From the human T2T-CHM13v2.0 reference genome, Homo sapiens: DNA of 64,000 nucleotides. The notes beneath the pieces were generated by a model, which saw only the letters and a list, made by a program, of their open reading frames with translations, searched no databases and had not been told where the DNA came from. A program made the translations under genes and the position numbers. How positions within the stretch are numbered: position 1 is the first letter of the stretch; every line of letters begins with the position of its first letter. This document shows, in pieces, positions 1 through 27,514 of this stretch. The stretch is taken from assembly GCF_009914755.1 (NCBI RefSeq), contig NC_060934.1; one strand, written 5' to 3'.

Positions 1-141
1 TTAAATACATACAGGTTTATTCTCCACAACACGTAAAAATGTTTATTCCTAGCTCCTGTCTCTTTCCAGGGGTCTTACCTGGAATTCTTGTTTCCTGCCC
101 TCTGCCAATCCCAACCTCACCCATCTTTTAAGATTTGTTCA

Positions 142-876
<735 letters not shown>

Positions 877-894
877 TTAACAACTTTTACAAAA

Positions 895-1660
895 ATCTTG
901 GTAAAAATTACATAATATTTACCATCTTTATAATTTTTTATGTGTGCAGTTCAGTAGTGTTTAGTACATTTCGCTTGTTGTGCAACCAATCTCCAGAACC
1001 TTTTTTTTTCAAGACGGGGTCTCACTCTGCCTCCCAAAGTGCTGGGATTACAGGCATGAGCCACCGCGTCTGGTCCAGAACTTTTACATTTTGTAAAACT
1101 GAAGCTGTATACCCACCCATTGAACAATAACTCATCATTTCCCCCTTCCTCAGCCTCTGGCAACCACCATTCTACTTTCTGTTTGTATGAATTTGACTAT
1201 TATATAAAATATAAGTAGATTTAAGTGGAATTATACAGTATTTGCCTTTTTGTGACCAGCTTATTTCACTTACTATGCTGTCTTCAGGGTTTATTGAAGT
1301 TTTAGCATGTGATGGGATTTCGTTCCTTTTTAAGACTAATATTCCATGTGTAGATATGCTGCATTTTGTTTATCCATTTATCTGCGTGGACATTTGGGTT
1401 GCTTCCCCCTCTTGGCTATTGTGAACAGTGCTGCTATGAACAAAGGTATGCAAATCTCTCATCAAGACCCTGCTTTTACTTCTATATCTAGAAGTGGAGT
1501 TGCTGGATCATCTGGTAGTTCTGATTTTTTGAGGAACTGCCATATATCAGCTGCACAATTTTACAATCCCACCAACAGTGCACAAGGATTCCACTCTCTC
1601 CACATGATCACCAACACTTGTTATTTTCTGTTTATTTTTTCTTTATAGTTGCCATCCTGT
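895..1660 (-). mobile_element. L1M (L1MB-like) 3' fragment containing a short Alu remnant (~1001-1075)
   Basis: Typical antisense L1M 3' sequence (CCTCTGGCAACCACCATTCTACTTTCTG, GGACATTTGGGTTGCTTCC, AGAAGTGGAGTTGCTGGATCA). Confidence 0.75.
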
Positions 1661-2201
1661 TTAAAGACTTTTTCATTGTTTCATGTAAATTCATTTTGTC
1701 TTCCTAACAGATTTCATGTGTCTTCAGGGCAGGAATCTTGCCCTGTTCTCCTGTGTACCCTCAGTGCCTAGCACCGCATGAGGCATGTCCTTAGGTGTCT
1801 GAAGGTCCTTTTTGGTTGATTGGATGAAATGAACAGTTTGAGTTGAGCTTAGTCCTTTTGAGAACTTAGGGTAGAATTCCCTTTACAAACAGAACAAGCT
1901 GACTGCTATGATACAGACTGAATGAATCTTCAGGACACTGCTGCACTGTGGAGCAAAGTCTGCATGGGGACAGTGTCACTGTCGCTTCCTCTTTGACTGA
2001 AGATGCAATATTGTGGTCATCACACAAGCTGCTGGGTCTACTCTCCCTGCAAAGCATAATGCTCTGGAAACCCAATTCTATGCAGGTAGAATCAGAAGAC
2101 CTTAGAAATAAAAACAAAACCAAAAACTGACCTTGAGAAGCTCAGAGGAGGGCCAGTACGGGAACTGAGAGGAAACATCACAGATAGACAGGTACTAGTA
2201 G

Positions 2202-7113
<4,912 letters not shown>

Positions 7114-7967
7114 TTAAGCAACTTGCCTAAGATCATTCAACTTTGATGTAGCAGACTGAAGGCTAGGCACTGTGGTCTTTCTATAGTGCCATGCTGAGCA
7201 TTCTTCATATACAACACAGAATTGCATCCTATGACTCCATGGGAACTTCCTTTTGGGTCAGAAAATAGTCCTTAGGGGCTGAGTTTCCTGGACTTAGTCT
7301 CAGGGCCAGGTTTGGATACCCTGCCCCTCCCTGCGCATCTGGCATCTGCCTTCCCTTTTATGAGAATCTCCTGGAAAGGGCTTCTCCAGCAGTCTGTGTT
7401 GCCACATCTGACTCAGGAGCTCTGTACCCTTGAGACACAGAGGCAGGGGTTGGTGGCTTCACCCTAGGAGTCAGGAAAAGAATGAAATCATACACATTCA
7501 GTTCCTTATTCTCTTACCCTCAACAGAAATTTCAGACAGCCTAGACCACAGAGACAGTTCTTGGAATTCAGGCAAACAACTAATTTGTATTACAGCGGGT
7601 GCAACTTAAGAGCTCAGAGTCCATAGTCCGAGCAGTCTTTCTGGAAGGAGGTCTCCAAAGTCAGGAGGAGGGCTCCCCTGAGCTGGATCATCTTAGCTCA
7701 CTGGCCCCTCCCTTCACAGCGTTCTGTCTTTTATGGAGACAGTGAGGTATAGCGCATAGGAACAAGGATCAGAAGACGCTGGGTTTTAGTGCTGGCTTTG
7801 CTGCTCATCAACTGTGTATCTTCTCTCCACTTCATTTTCCATATCTGCAAAATGGGAACAACAATACCAGTCTATATCATAAGGCAGTTATGAGTTTAAA
7901 GAGAAATGGTTTACATTAATGTGCCTTGAAGCACAAGACAGAAATACAATATAAAAAATATGGCTGG

Positions 7968-8365
<398 letters not shown>

Positions 8366-8544
8366 TTAAAAAAAAAAAAGAACTGTGCACAAAGATTTCA
8401 GAGAGTGCTAAAGATTAGCGCATGGATAAGGAAGTTCTGTGAAGAGTTGAAGTGCTAGGTGAAGAGGTGGCACGGGGGAGGAGGGGGCGGAAGGGGAGAA
8501 AGGGTGTCACGCTTCATAACGGTCTCCAAACCTCTTTGTCCAGG

Positions 8545-8660
8545 AGGAAATGAAGTCATCTGCTCTCAGCAATCAGCATGACAGCCTCCAGCCAAGTAAT
8601 CTGGAGTCATGAGAGCTGCTAGGGGAGCAACATGAATCATGACGGTCCCTGGGAATTTCC
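8545..8660 (+). promoter_or_regulatory. PLAU -2 kb enhancer: PEA3/AP-1A, intervening COM region, AP-1B, NF-kB
   Basis: AGGAAA-TGAAGTCA 8545-8558, TGAATCA 8633-8639, GGGAATTTCC 8651-8660, about 1.9-2.0 kb upstream of the TSS as in the classical uPA enhancer. Confidence 0.92.
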
Positions 8661-8925
8661 TGATAACTAACCTGGGAGTTTCGGGGTAAGTCCTCAGGCT
8701 GCAGCATCTCTGTTTATGTTCTGGTCACGTTTATTTACAATTAATGGGTTCTCAAATCCAAACAAAACTGACCACAGTCTTCTAGAGGAAGTAGCAAGGT
8801 TGGCTCTGAAGCCTATAGCATCGCTGACTCAGTCTGTCCCCTGGAAGGCTGGCAGCTCAGCAAGCACAGAAGTCTCTCCAGAAGACAGTGGGTCACCTGC
8901 CTCCCAAAAGCTGAAAGGCTAACTT

Positions 8926-8935
8926 GTACTTTCCC
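8926..8935 (-). promoter_or_regulatory. Rel/NF-kB site at about -1.59 kb
   Basis: GGGAAAGTAC on the - strand, at the distance recalled for the uPA Rel-binding element. Confidence 0.7.
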
Positions 8936-9378
8936 CAGCAGGCAGCTGGCACCCTGAGCCCTCGGCTGGGGCAGAGCAAAGGAGCCTTCCTCCTTCCTAC
9001 CTTCCTGGCACTCTCCCTGCCTTCCTTCTGTCACTCTCAGGTGGACCCAGACCCAAGGTCCAGATTTGCAAGGCAGGAAAATGCTGCAGGCCTAGGCTGG
9101 GAAAGGGCCCAAAGCCGCTAGTGGATTGCTGGGACTCAGCCTCCTCCTTCCCACTAAGAGAGCGAGTCCTACTGGGTTCAAAATGACCCCAAGCCCTGGT
9201 TCCTGACACTAGGGGAAAGAGATGGGGGTGACAGAATCACAGAATCCCTGCTATGTTCCTCCAAGTGTGCCCAGAGATGCGTGTGTGTGTGTGTGTGTAT
9301 ACACAAATGTCTGCTTATCCTCAGGCAGGAAGGGTGGATGCAGTCATTTACACATGGTCTGTTTTTCTGGAGGACAAT

Positions 9379-9384
9379 TTTATT
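9379..9384 (-). terminator. Candidate poly(A) signal of the antisense C10orf55 transcript
   Basis: TTTATT on + (AATAAA on -) downstream of the antisense ORF. Position consistent with the recalled gene extent, but other TTTATT/CTTATT-type hexamers lie nearby. Confidence 0.4.
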
Positions 9385-9775
9385 TGATAAACAATTGTTT
9401 CTATCTGAATAGAATAAACAAGGCTCTATGATGAAGTAAAACACTAAATACACATGCATTAAAAAATGCATAATTATCTTTTTGGAATGGGCTATACAGA
9501 GATGTGCTTTTTAAAATGTTAAGAGTGTAAAAGGACAAACAGTGAAAAATAAATCTTCCTCTTATTTTGTCCTCCAGTCTCCCAATTCCTCTACTCAGAG
9601 GTGAGAACAGAACTTCCACACCCTCCAGAACCTCCACAGTTAGAACTGTCTACATGTTTCCATTGTCTTTACTTTTATTCTTGCCTGCACAAATAAATGA
9701 ATTGCTCATTATGGAAACTTCCCAAAAGACCCGTTAACACTTCAATAGGAAGCACCAACAGTTTATGCCCTAGGA

Positions 9776-9957
9776 CTTTGTTCCCACAATCCTGTAACAT
9801 CATATCACGACACCTAACCCAATCCTTATCAAGCCCTGTCAAAAACGGACTTTAAACCAAGCTGCAAATTTTCAGTAATCTGGCCTTGCCTTTCCCCCTC
9901 TGATAGCACCATCAAACAAACCCCCTTACTGCCGAAAGCAATAAGCCCGGCTTTGTT
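9776..9957 (+). promoter_or_regulatory. Two TCF/LEF-type sites (CTTTGTT at 9776-9782 and 9951-9957)
   Basis: Motif match at about -740 and -565, consistent with described beta-catenin/TCF regulation of uPA. Confidence 0.55.
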
Positions 9958-10440
9958 CCATCCACTGGTTGTGTTGGTGATATCTGGGGACTGCCACTGA
10001 ACAGACGCACAGAGGGAGCCCCTACAGGCAGGGGTTTTTCTGTCTGTGCTTCTGGGAGAGTATGTCTCGTACATTTGTCGCGTTGATGAAGACTTCACAG
10101 CTCCATCAGCTGCGGGCAAGGGGGTCTGAGGCAGTCTTAGGCAAGTTGGGGCCCAGCGGGGAGAAGTTGCAGAAGAACTGATTAGAGGACCCCAGGAGGC
10201 TTCAGAGCTGGGCGAGGTAGAGAGTCTCCTGTGCGCCTTCTCTCCTCTCTGCAATTCGGGGACTCCTTGCACTGGGGCAGGCCCCCGGCCAGGTGCATGG
10301 GAGGAAGCACGGAGAATTTACAAGCCTCTCGATTCCTCAGTCCAGACGCTGTTGGGTCCCCTCCGCTGGAGATCGCGCTTCCCCCAAATCTTTGTGAGCG
10401 TTGCGGAAGCACGCGGGGTCCGGGTCGCTGAGCGCTGCAA

Positions 10441-10500
10441 GACAGGGGAGGGAGCCGGGCGGGAGAGGGAGGGGCGGCGCCGGGGCGGGCCCTGATATAG
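10441..10500 (+). promoter_or_regulatory. PLAU: PLAU minimal promoter: GC/GA boxes (Sp1/Sp3) and TATA-like GATATAG
   Basis: Repeated GGGCGG / GGGAGG motifs 10445-10489 and GATATA 10494-10499. Confidence 0.92.
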
Positions 10501-10520
10501 AGCAGGCGCCGCGGGTCGCA

Positions 10521-10609
10521 GCACAGTGCGGAGACCGCAGCCCCGGAGCCCGGGCCAGGGTCCACCTGTCCCCGCAGCGCCGGCTCGCGCCCTCCTGCCG
10601 CAGCCACCG
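10521..10609 (+). other. PLAU: PLAU exon 1 (non-coding)
   Basis: Starts ~25 nt after GATATA (10494-10499) and ends CAGCCACCG|GTGAGT. TSS approximate. Confidence 0.9.
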
Positions 10610-10946
10610 GTGAGTGCCGCGGTCCTGAGATCCCCGGGCCGGATGCGCGGCGGCCCCAGCTCCCGAGCGTCTGCCTCCCCCGCCCTGGGCTGCCCGGGCT
10701 CCCTGGGCTCCCCGGCGGCTGCACGGAGTCAAGGCGCCCCGTCCCGGGCGTCCCCCGCGGGTGCCGATCCAGGCTGCCCGGAGTCCGGAGCCCAGAGAGG
10801 AGAGAGACAGCTGGGGAGCCTGGTCACCGCGGGCATCTCCCCTGCGCTGCAGTCGCCCGCCTGGCCTGCCTTCCCGTTCCTCCGCCTCTTGCCCTGACTT
10901 CTCCTTCCTTTGCAGAGCCGCCGTCTAGCGCCCCGACCTCGCCACC

Positions 10947-11003
10947 ATGAGAGCCCTGCTGGCGCGCCTGCTTCTCTGCGTCCTGGTCGTGAGCGACTCC
11001 AAA
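10947..11003 (+). CDS. PLAU: PLAU exon 2 coding part, signal peptide MRALLARLLLCVLVVSDSK (exon starts 10916)
   Basis: Acceptor TTTGCAG| at 10915, Kozak GCCACCATG, donor AAA|GTGAGT. Confidence 0.98.
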
Positions 11004-11075
11004 GTGAGTGCGCTCTTGCTTTGACTGATGCTGCCCAAGGACCTCTGATCAGCACCAGGGGAGAGGAGGGGCTGC

Positions 11076-11635
11076 TCAGGGAGCTGGGGTCCTCCGGATT
11101 CCATCCACAGCAGGGCCAGACTCTCCCCAGGAAATGGGACAGGGTGGCAGCGGAGGCTTGAGAACCACGGGGGTTGGCACTGGCTGGCAAGGGAGGAAGA
11201 GGCCGCCGGGACTGCCCCAGCCTGCGGGCATCTGGTAGATGAAGCTTGCTTGGGTCAATCCATTTCTCCTGGCTGGAAACCCATGGTCTTCCATTTGAGA
11301 ACTAGATACGAACAGGGTGAGGCGAGAGGGAGAGGGAAGAGTGGGTTTTGGGATTGGGGCCAGTTTACCCTCACCCTGGAGTCCCTGGAGCATGGGACCT
11401 TTGATGAAGCCTCCTCCCGAATCTCTTCCAGGGCAGCAATGAACTTCATCAAGTTCCATGTGAGTATCCACCCCTACAACAGTTGGCTGCACAGACAAGT
11501 TGGGAAGGCTTCAGGGGACATCCCCTCCCTGCCCTCTGCTGCAGGGCTGCGCCACCCCTTACCACTTCCACTCCCCCTCGCTTACCCCACCTTTGTTCTC
11601 TCCAGCGAACTGTGACTGTCTAAATGGAGGAACAT
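11076..11635 (-). CDS. C10orf55: C10orf55 antisense ORF, join(11635..11591, 11486..11076), 151 aa; real coding status doubtful
   Basis: Minus strand [15 protein letters not shown]|GT...AG|[15 protein letters not shown]...RRTPAP-stop; 45+411 nt = 151 aa, matching the C10orf55 sequence as I recall it. Confidence 0.8.
11283..11316 (+). CDS. PLAU: Alternative PLAU first coding segment [11 protein letters not shown](A), spliced to exon 4 (414-aa isoform without signal peptide)
   Basis: ATG at 11283; donor AGG|GTGAGG at 11317 is phase 1, matching exon 4 (G|CG = Ala). Agrees with my recollection of uPA isoform 2. Confidence 0.75.
11432..11459 (+). CDS. PLAU: PLAU exon 3 (GSNELHQVP)
   Basis: TTCCAG| acceptor, CAT|GTGAGT donor, 28 nt, keeps frame. 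Confidence 0.97.
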
Positions 11636-11713
11636 GTGTGTCCAACAAGTACTTCTCCAACATTCACTGGTGCAACTGCCCAAAGAAATTCGGAGGGCAG
11701 CACTGTGAAATAG
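11606..11713 (+). CDS. PLAU: PLAU exon 4, EGF-like uPAR-binding domain
   Basis: [35 protein letters not shown]; canonical splice sites. Confidence 0.98.
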
Positions 11714-11959
11714 GTATGGGGATCTCCACTGCAACTGGGAGAGAAATTTGGGGACAGGGAGGGATGGGTGGGAGGCAAGAGCAGGCAGGAGTTAGGAGCT
11801 GGAGGTAGGGTGGGTGACATCTTCATCCCTATGTGACAAGCATAAACACACACACACGCTCACGAAACAGTGGCCACACAAATGTGAGGTGGGGTTGGAA
11901 GGAGACCCTGTCCAGTCTTCTGGCAGGTCTGAAACGACATCTTTAAAATGTCCGTTGGC

Positions 11960-12255
<296 letters not shown>

Positions 12256-12314
12256 AAGTTAGTTGGAATGTTCTTCTCTTTCTCATATTCTCTCATCCTC
12301 CTGTCCCCTTGTAG

Positions 12315-12489
12315 ATAAGTCAAAAACCTGCTATGAGGGGAATGGTCACTTTTACCGAGGAAAGGCCAGCACTGACACCATGGGCCGGCCCTGCCTGCCC
12401 TGGAACTCTGCCACTGTCCTTCAGCAAACGTACCATGCCCACAGATCTGATGCTCTTCAGCTGGGCCTGGGGAAACATAATTACTGCAG
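12315..12489 (+). CDS. PLAU: PLAU exon 5, kringle N-terminal part
   Basis: [31 protein letters not shown]...GLGKHNYCR; GTAG| acceptor and CAG|GTGAGG donor. Confidence 0.98.
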
Positions 12490-12680
12490 GTGAGGTGGGG
12501 GCAACAAGGACCAAAAGCCCTCCCTACAGCTTCCCAGAAACCTTGTTACCATCCCCTTCTCCCAGAGGGCTGGCCATAGCACAAGAGAAGTGCGGCCTCT
12601 GGTTGAGTCTTCCCTGAGGGGAGGAGGCAGGGAAGGCCCTCTGGGTTGGAATGACATCCCCTATCTTTCTGTGTTGCCAG

Positions 12681-13653
<973 letters not shown>

Positions 13654-14081
13654 TGACAAAGGGAGTGGCAGGGAAGAGTTCCATGAAGTCTGAGGGGCCT
13701 GGTGCTCCTCTGGAGAGACCCTGAATTTCCCCAACAAGTAGCCTCTTGCGAGTGGAAACAGCCCTGTGGGTATATGGCTTGGGCTGGGAAGGCCCTGTTT
13801 ATATGAATTAGAAAAAGACACACCTTCCTTTGTGGGATGCAGCCTCTGTCTGTGCTAGGATATAGAACTTGGAGAATGGAGCCTTGGGATGGATTCCAGC
13901 CTAACTACCTCAGCTGGGAGTTTTTGCAGAAACGACCTGTACAGCTGTATGCAGTGGCTCTGGCCATCCAAGCCTTTTTCAACACCTGGAACAAAGCCCT
14001 TGGGGCATGGGGCAGGGGAGGTTTCCAGGTGATAAGCGACCAGCAGACCTCCCTGGATGACTGACCTAGGGATAGGCATAG

Positions 14082-14312
<231 letters not shown>

Positions 14313-14604
14313 TGACAATTGCGACTGACTTAGAAGGTCCTGAGGAGTGTTTTGACCTGAAAATGAGCCCAGCGTGATCAAGGGAAGACTGCAGAGTTAG
14401 AGGTGGGAGCACTGAGGCGGTGGCAGATGGGTCCAGGGATGGATGAAGAGTGTTGTTTAGGGAGCGATGGGCTGCAAAGGTAAATAGATGGTAGGGGCTA
14501 TAGGTGGAGTAAAGGCTCAGATTTGCATGGAAGAGAATAAGGGCCTTCCCTGGTAGAGATACTTTATGGTTCCCCTCTCTGGCAGACTCCCAGTGGACAG
14601 ATAA

Positions 14605-14862
<258 letters not shown>

Positions 14863-15350
14863 TAAGGGTGTCTCTCTCTAGCCAAAGCCCTAAGTAGCCA
14901 GAATCAGGAGCTCAGGTCTTTGAGGGTTTAAACCAGTCCTTATGTGTTTGCCAGACATTACCAAAAAAATCCCAGCTCTGCGCTAGTCACTTCAGACTGG
15001 GGGCACGAGATCCTAGAAAGAGGAAACAGTAAAAGACAATGTAACTCAGTGCCCAGGGTGTGTTGTGAACTATAAATGATCAGGTGTTCAGGAGAGGGAG
15101 GTGAGTGCCAACCTGAGGGTCAGGGAGGGGAGGCTTTAAAGGAAATGTGACTTGATAGGCATTTGAAGAGGCAGAGGGAAGAAAGGAAGGTGTTTCAGTT
15201 GAAAGATACAAAACTGAGAAGGAGGCTGGCATATTCCGGGTGGGGAGGAGAACTAGGGTCTGGGAGTGTGGATGGAATAGTGGCAGATGACAGGGCTTTT
15301 AAAGCCAAGCAGGGGATTTTAAACTTGATGTGGTAGAAAATGGGGCTGCG

Positions 15351-15655
15351 TCAGGCACAGTGGCTCATGCCTGTAATCCCAGCACTTTGGGAGGCCGAGG
15401 TGGATGGATCACTTGAGGCCAGGAGTTTGAGACCGGCCTGGCCAACATGGTGAAACCCTGTGTCTACTAAAAATGCAAAAAAAAATTAGCCAGGTGTGGT
15501 GGTGCCTGCCTGTAATCCCAGCTAATCAGGAGGCTGAGACATGGGAATCGCTTGAGCACAGGAGGCAAGTTTGCAGTGAGCTGAGATCACGTCATTGCAC
15601 GCCAGCCTGGGCGACAGAGCGAGATTCTGTCCTCCCCCCGAAAAAAAGAAAGAAA
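15351..15655 (+). mobile_element. Alu in PLAU intron 10
   Basis: Full-length Alu with degenerate A-tail. Confidence 0.93.
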
Positions 15656-15749
15656 ATGGGAAGTCGCTAAGGACTTTGACTGGGAAACTCTTCCCTCTCT
15701 CTGGTATGGTTGGGTGATGGGATCAGAAATCCCCTCCTCACTTCTCTAG

Positions 15750-15956
<207 letters not shown>

Positions 15957-16808
15957 GGGTCCCCAGGGAGGAAACGGGCACCACCCGCTTTCTTGCTGGT
16001 TGTCATTTTTGCAGTAGAGTCATCTCCATCAGCTGTAAGAAGAGACTGGGAAGATAGGCTCTGCACAGATGGATTTGCCTGTGCCACCCACCAGGGCGAA
16101 CGACAATAGCTTTACCCTCAGGCATAGGCCTGGGTGCTGGCTGCCCAGACCCCTCTGGCCAGGATGGAGGGGTGGTCCTGACTCAACATGTTACTGACCA
16201 GCAACTTGTCTTTTTCTGGACTGAAGCCTGCAGGAGTTAAAAAGGGCAGGGCATCTCCTGTGCATGGGTGAAGGGAGAGCCAGCTCCCCCGACGGTGGGC
16301 ATTTGTGAGGCCCATGGTTGAGAAATGAATAATTTCCCAATTAGGAAGTGTAACAGCTGAGGTCTCTTGAGGGAGCTTAGCCAATGTGGGAGCAGCGGTT
16401 TGGGGAGCAGAGACACTAACGACTTCAGGGCAGGGCTCTGATATTCCATGAATGTATCAGGAAATATATATGTGTGTGTATGTTTGCACACTTGTGTGTG
16501 GGCTGTGAGTGTAAGTGTGAGTAAGAGCTGGTGTCTGATTGTTAAGTCTAAATATTTCCTTAAACTGTGTGGACTGTGATGCCACACAGAGTGGTCTTTC
16601 TGGAGAGGTTATAGGTCACTCCTGGGGCCTCTTGGGTCCCCCACGTGACAGTGCCTGGGAATGTATTATTCTGCAGCATGACCTGTGACCAGCACTGTCT
16701 CAGTTTCACTTTCACATAGATGTCCCTTTCTTGGCCAGTTATCCCTTCCTTTTAGCCTAGTTCATCCAATCCTCACTGGGTGGGGTGAGGACCACTCCTG
16801 TACACTGA

Positions 16809-16850
16809 ATATTTATATTTCACTATTTTTATTTATATTTTTGTAATTTT
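16809..16850 (+). promoter_or_regulatory. AU-rich instability element in PLAU 3'UTR
   Basis: ATTTA pentamers at 16811 and 16831 within a U-rich tract. Confidence 0.85.
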
Positions 16851-16851
16851 A

Positions 16852-16870
16852 AATAAAAGTGATCAATAAA
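16852..16870 (+). terminator. PLAU polyadenylation signals (AATAAA 16852-16857 and 16865-16870)
   Basis: Two canonical hexamers at the end of the 3'UTR. Confidence 0.9.
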
Positions 16871-17275
16871 ATGTGATTTTTCTGATGACAAATCTCCCTG
16901 GTGCTTGTATGGGAAGGAGTTGGAGTACATAAAAAGGAGAAAATAACAAAGGTGGACTGCACCCTAGAGTTTCTTATGGGACTGCATCTCTGGACTTAAT
17001 GGAGCTTTGGGAGGTAGAGGTTAGGAGAGCTGTAGGGCAGGGCCACCACAGCACTTAATGTATACAAAGTTTCCCCAAACCACAATCCCATGGCTGTGTA
17101 AGTAGTGTACAGGCTTAGTGTCAGCTCCCAATTGCCTCCTTAACCTGATGCCTTTGTGCAGTGCACATCTTGTACAGCTGTACATGGTGGTCTTCTTTAG
17201 GGTTAACTCCACAACAGTCTCTTCACTCTGCCCCCAACAATCCTTGAGCTGACCTCAACCAAGAAGAACACCTGT

Positions 17276-23026
<5,751 letters not shown>

Positions 23027-23029
23027 CTT

Positions 23030-25520
<2,491 letters not shown>

Positions 25521-26454
25521 TGGGGGCGGGAAGAAAAGGAGATATCACTTGGTTTAGTCTCCTGCCTTCGGGTAGATAAGGCAACAGCATAATTTTACAG
25601 GTGAGAAACTGAGGCTGTAAGTGATTTATAGTAGGTAGCTGACCAAGCTAGAGTTACCACTTGTAGAACCTTGGGGATCAATACCTCAGGGCAGCTAGTT
25701 CTGCTAATTACCTCCTTAACTCTGTCCACCCAACTGGAGAACTTCCCTATCACCATAATCACCACGCAGTGCTGATATCCAAGCCTGCATAGGGTGATGC
25801 TTGTTTCTGAAATACCCCAGGCCTGTTCAGCCCTGTGACTGTGGTTCTAACACCTGGAATTTCTCCTGAACCTGCTGGTCATGTGATGCACTGGCAATGA
25901 GTTAGTGGATAGGTCGGTGGCATGTATAAGGAAATCAGCAGATGCTGGATCTAGCCGTCTGCCTTCTGACTTCCTAAAAATGTGACTTCTGGTGTTTCAA
26001 CAGATCACATGCCCTTAGCACATCACCAAGTTCTGGCACGAGGTTGTGGAGATGGAGCAGATTTTGTAAGGACTCCAGCTGGTGGGCTTCCTAGCCCAGT
26101 CTCTCCTTCCCTCTTTTTGGTGGTTCTCCAGTTGCCCTTAATTTCTCATTCTCTTTTCATATAAAGGGAAGAAAATGACTTTCTCCCTCACCTGGCTCTT
26201 CCCATCCTCACCCTACTGTCTTTTTAGCTCTCTCTCCAGAGTATTGTACAAGCTGGGGTTAATGCCATTGGAGGGAGGACTCTCTAGCTCCAGCTTGGTT
26301 TTTCCATTTAATTGTCTTGGTGAAGCCAGCCATGGTGGTGCATGCCTGTAATCCCACCTACTTGGGAGGCTCAGGGGTGAGGATTGCTAGAGGCCAGGAG
26401 TTCAAGACCAGCCTGGGCAACATAGTGAGACCTTATTTCTAAATGAATGAATGA

Positions 26455-26877
<423 letters not shown>

Positions 26878-27354
26878 TGAGTCCCATTGGAACTGGACGT
26901 ATCTGTGAAGTTAACAGCTATTGATCAGGTTACTTCTATTTCCCACTGGAATTTGGCCACCATCTTTGGCTGTAGAGAGTTACTAGAATTTTGCCAGTTT
27001 CCCTAGTGGTGAGCTCACCAGAAGTCCTTCTCTGAAAGTCCCTTCAAGTCAAGACCTCTTTGAGTGCTTCCCTCTGCCCTTTCTGTCTCCTCAACTGAAT
27101 TCTGTGCTGGCTGAGGGAATGAGGAGAAATGATGAACTGGAGACAGAGTGGGATAAACACTTTGCTTAGAACATCAATCTTTGTTTTTTTGAGACAGAGT
27201 CTTGCTCTGTCACCCAGGCTGGAGTGCAGTGGCACGATCTTGGTTCGCTGCAACCTCTGCCTCCTAGTTCAAGCGATTCTTCTGCCTTAGCCGCCCAAGT
27301 AGCTGGGATTACAGGTGTGCACCACCATGCCCAGCTAAATTTTTGTATTTTTAG

Positions 27355-27486
<132 letters not shown>

Positions 27487-27514
27487 TAAAGCAATTAGGG
27501 TCCCCAAATTAGCA

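Larger units (their letters stand above)
10370..11015. promoter_or_regulatory. CpG island over PLAU promoter, exon 1, intron 1 and exon 2
   Basis: Visibly high GC and CpG density compared with the flanks. Confidence 0.88.

Noticed and set aside
10182-11190. Several 120-180 aa ORFs on both strands over the promoter
   Set aside because: Stop-codon scarcity in a GC-rich CpG island; low-complexity Pro/Gly/Ala/Arg translations, mostly with non-ATG starts.
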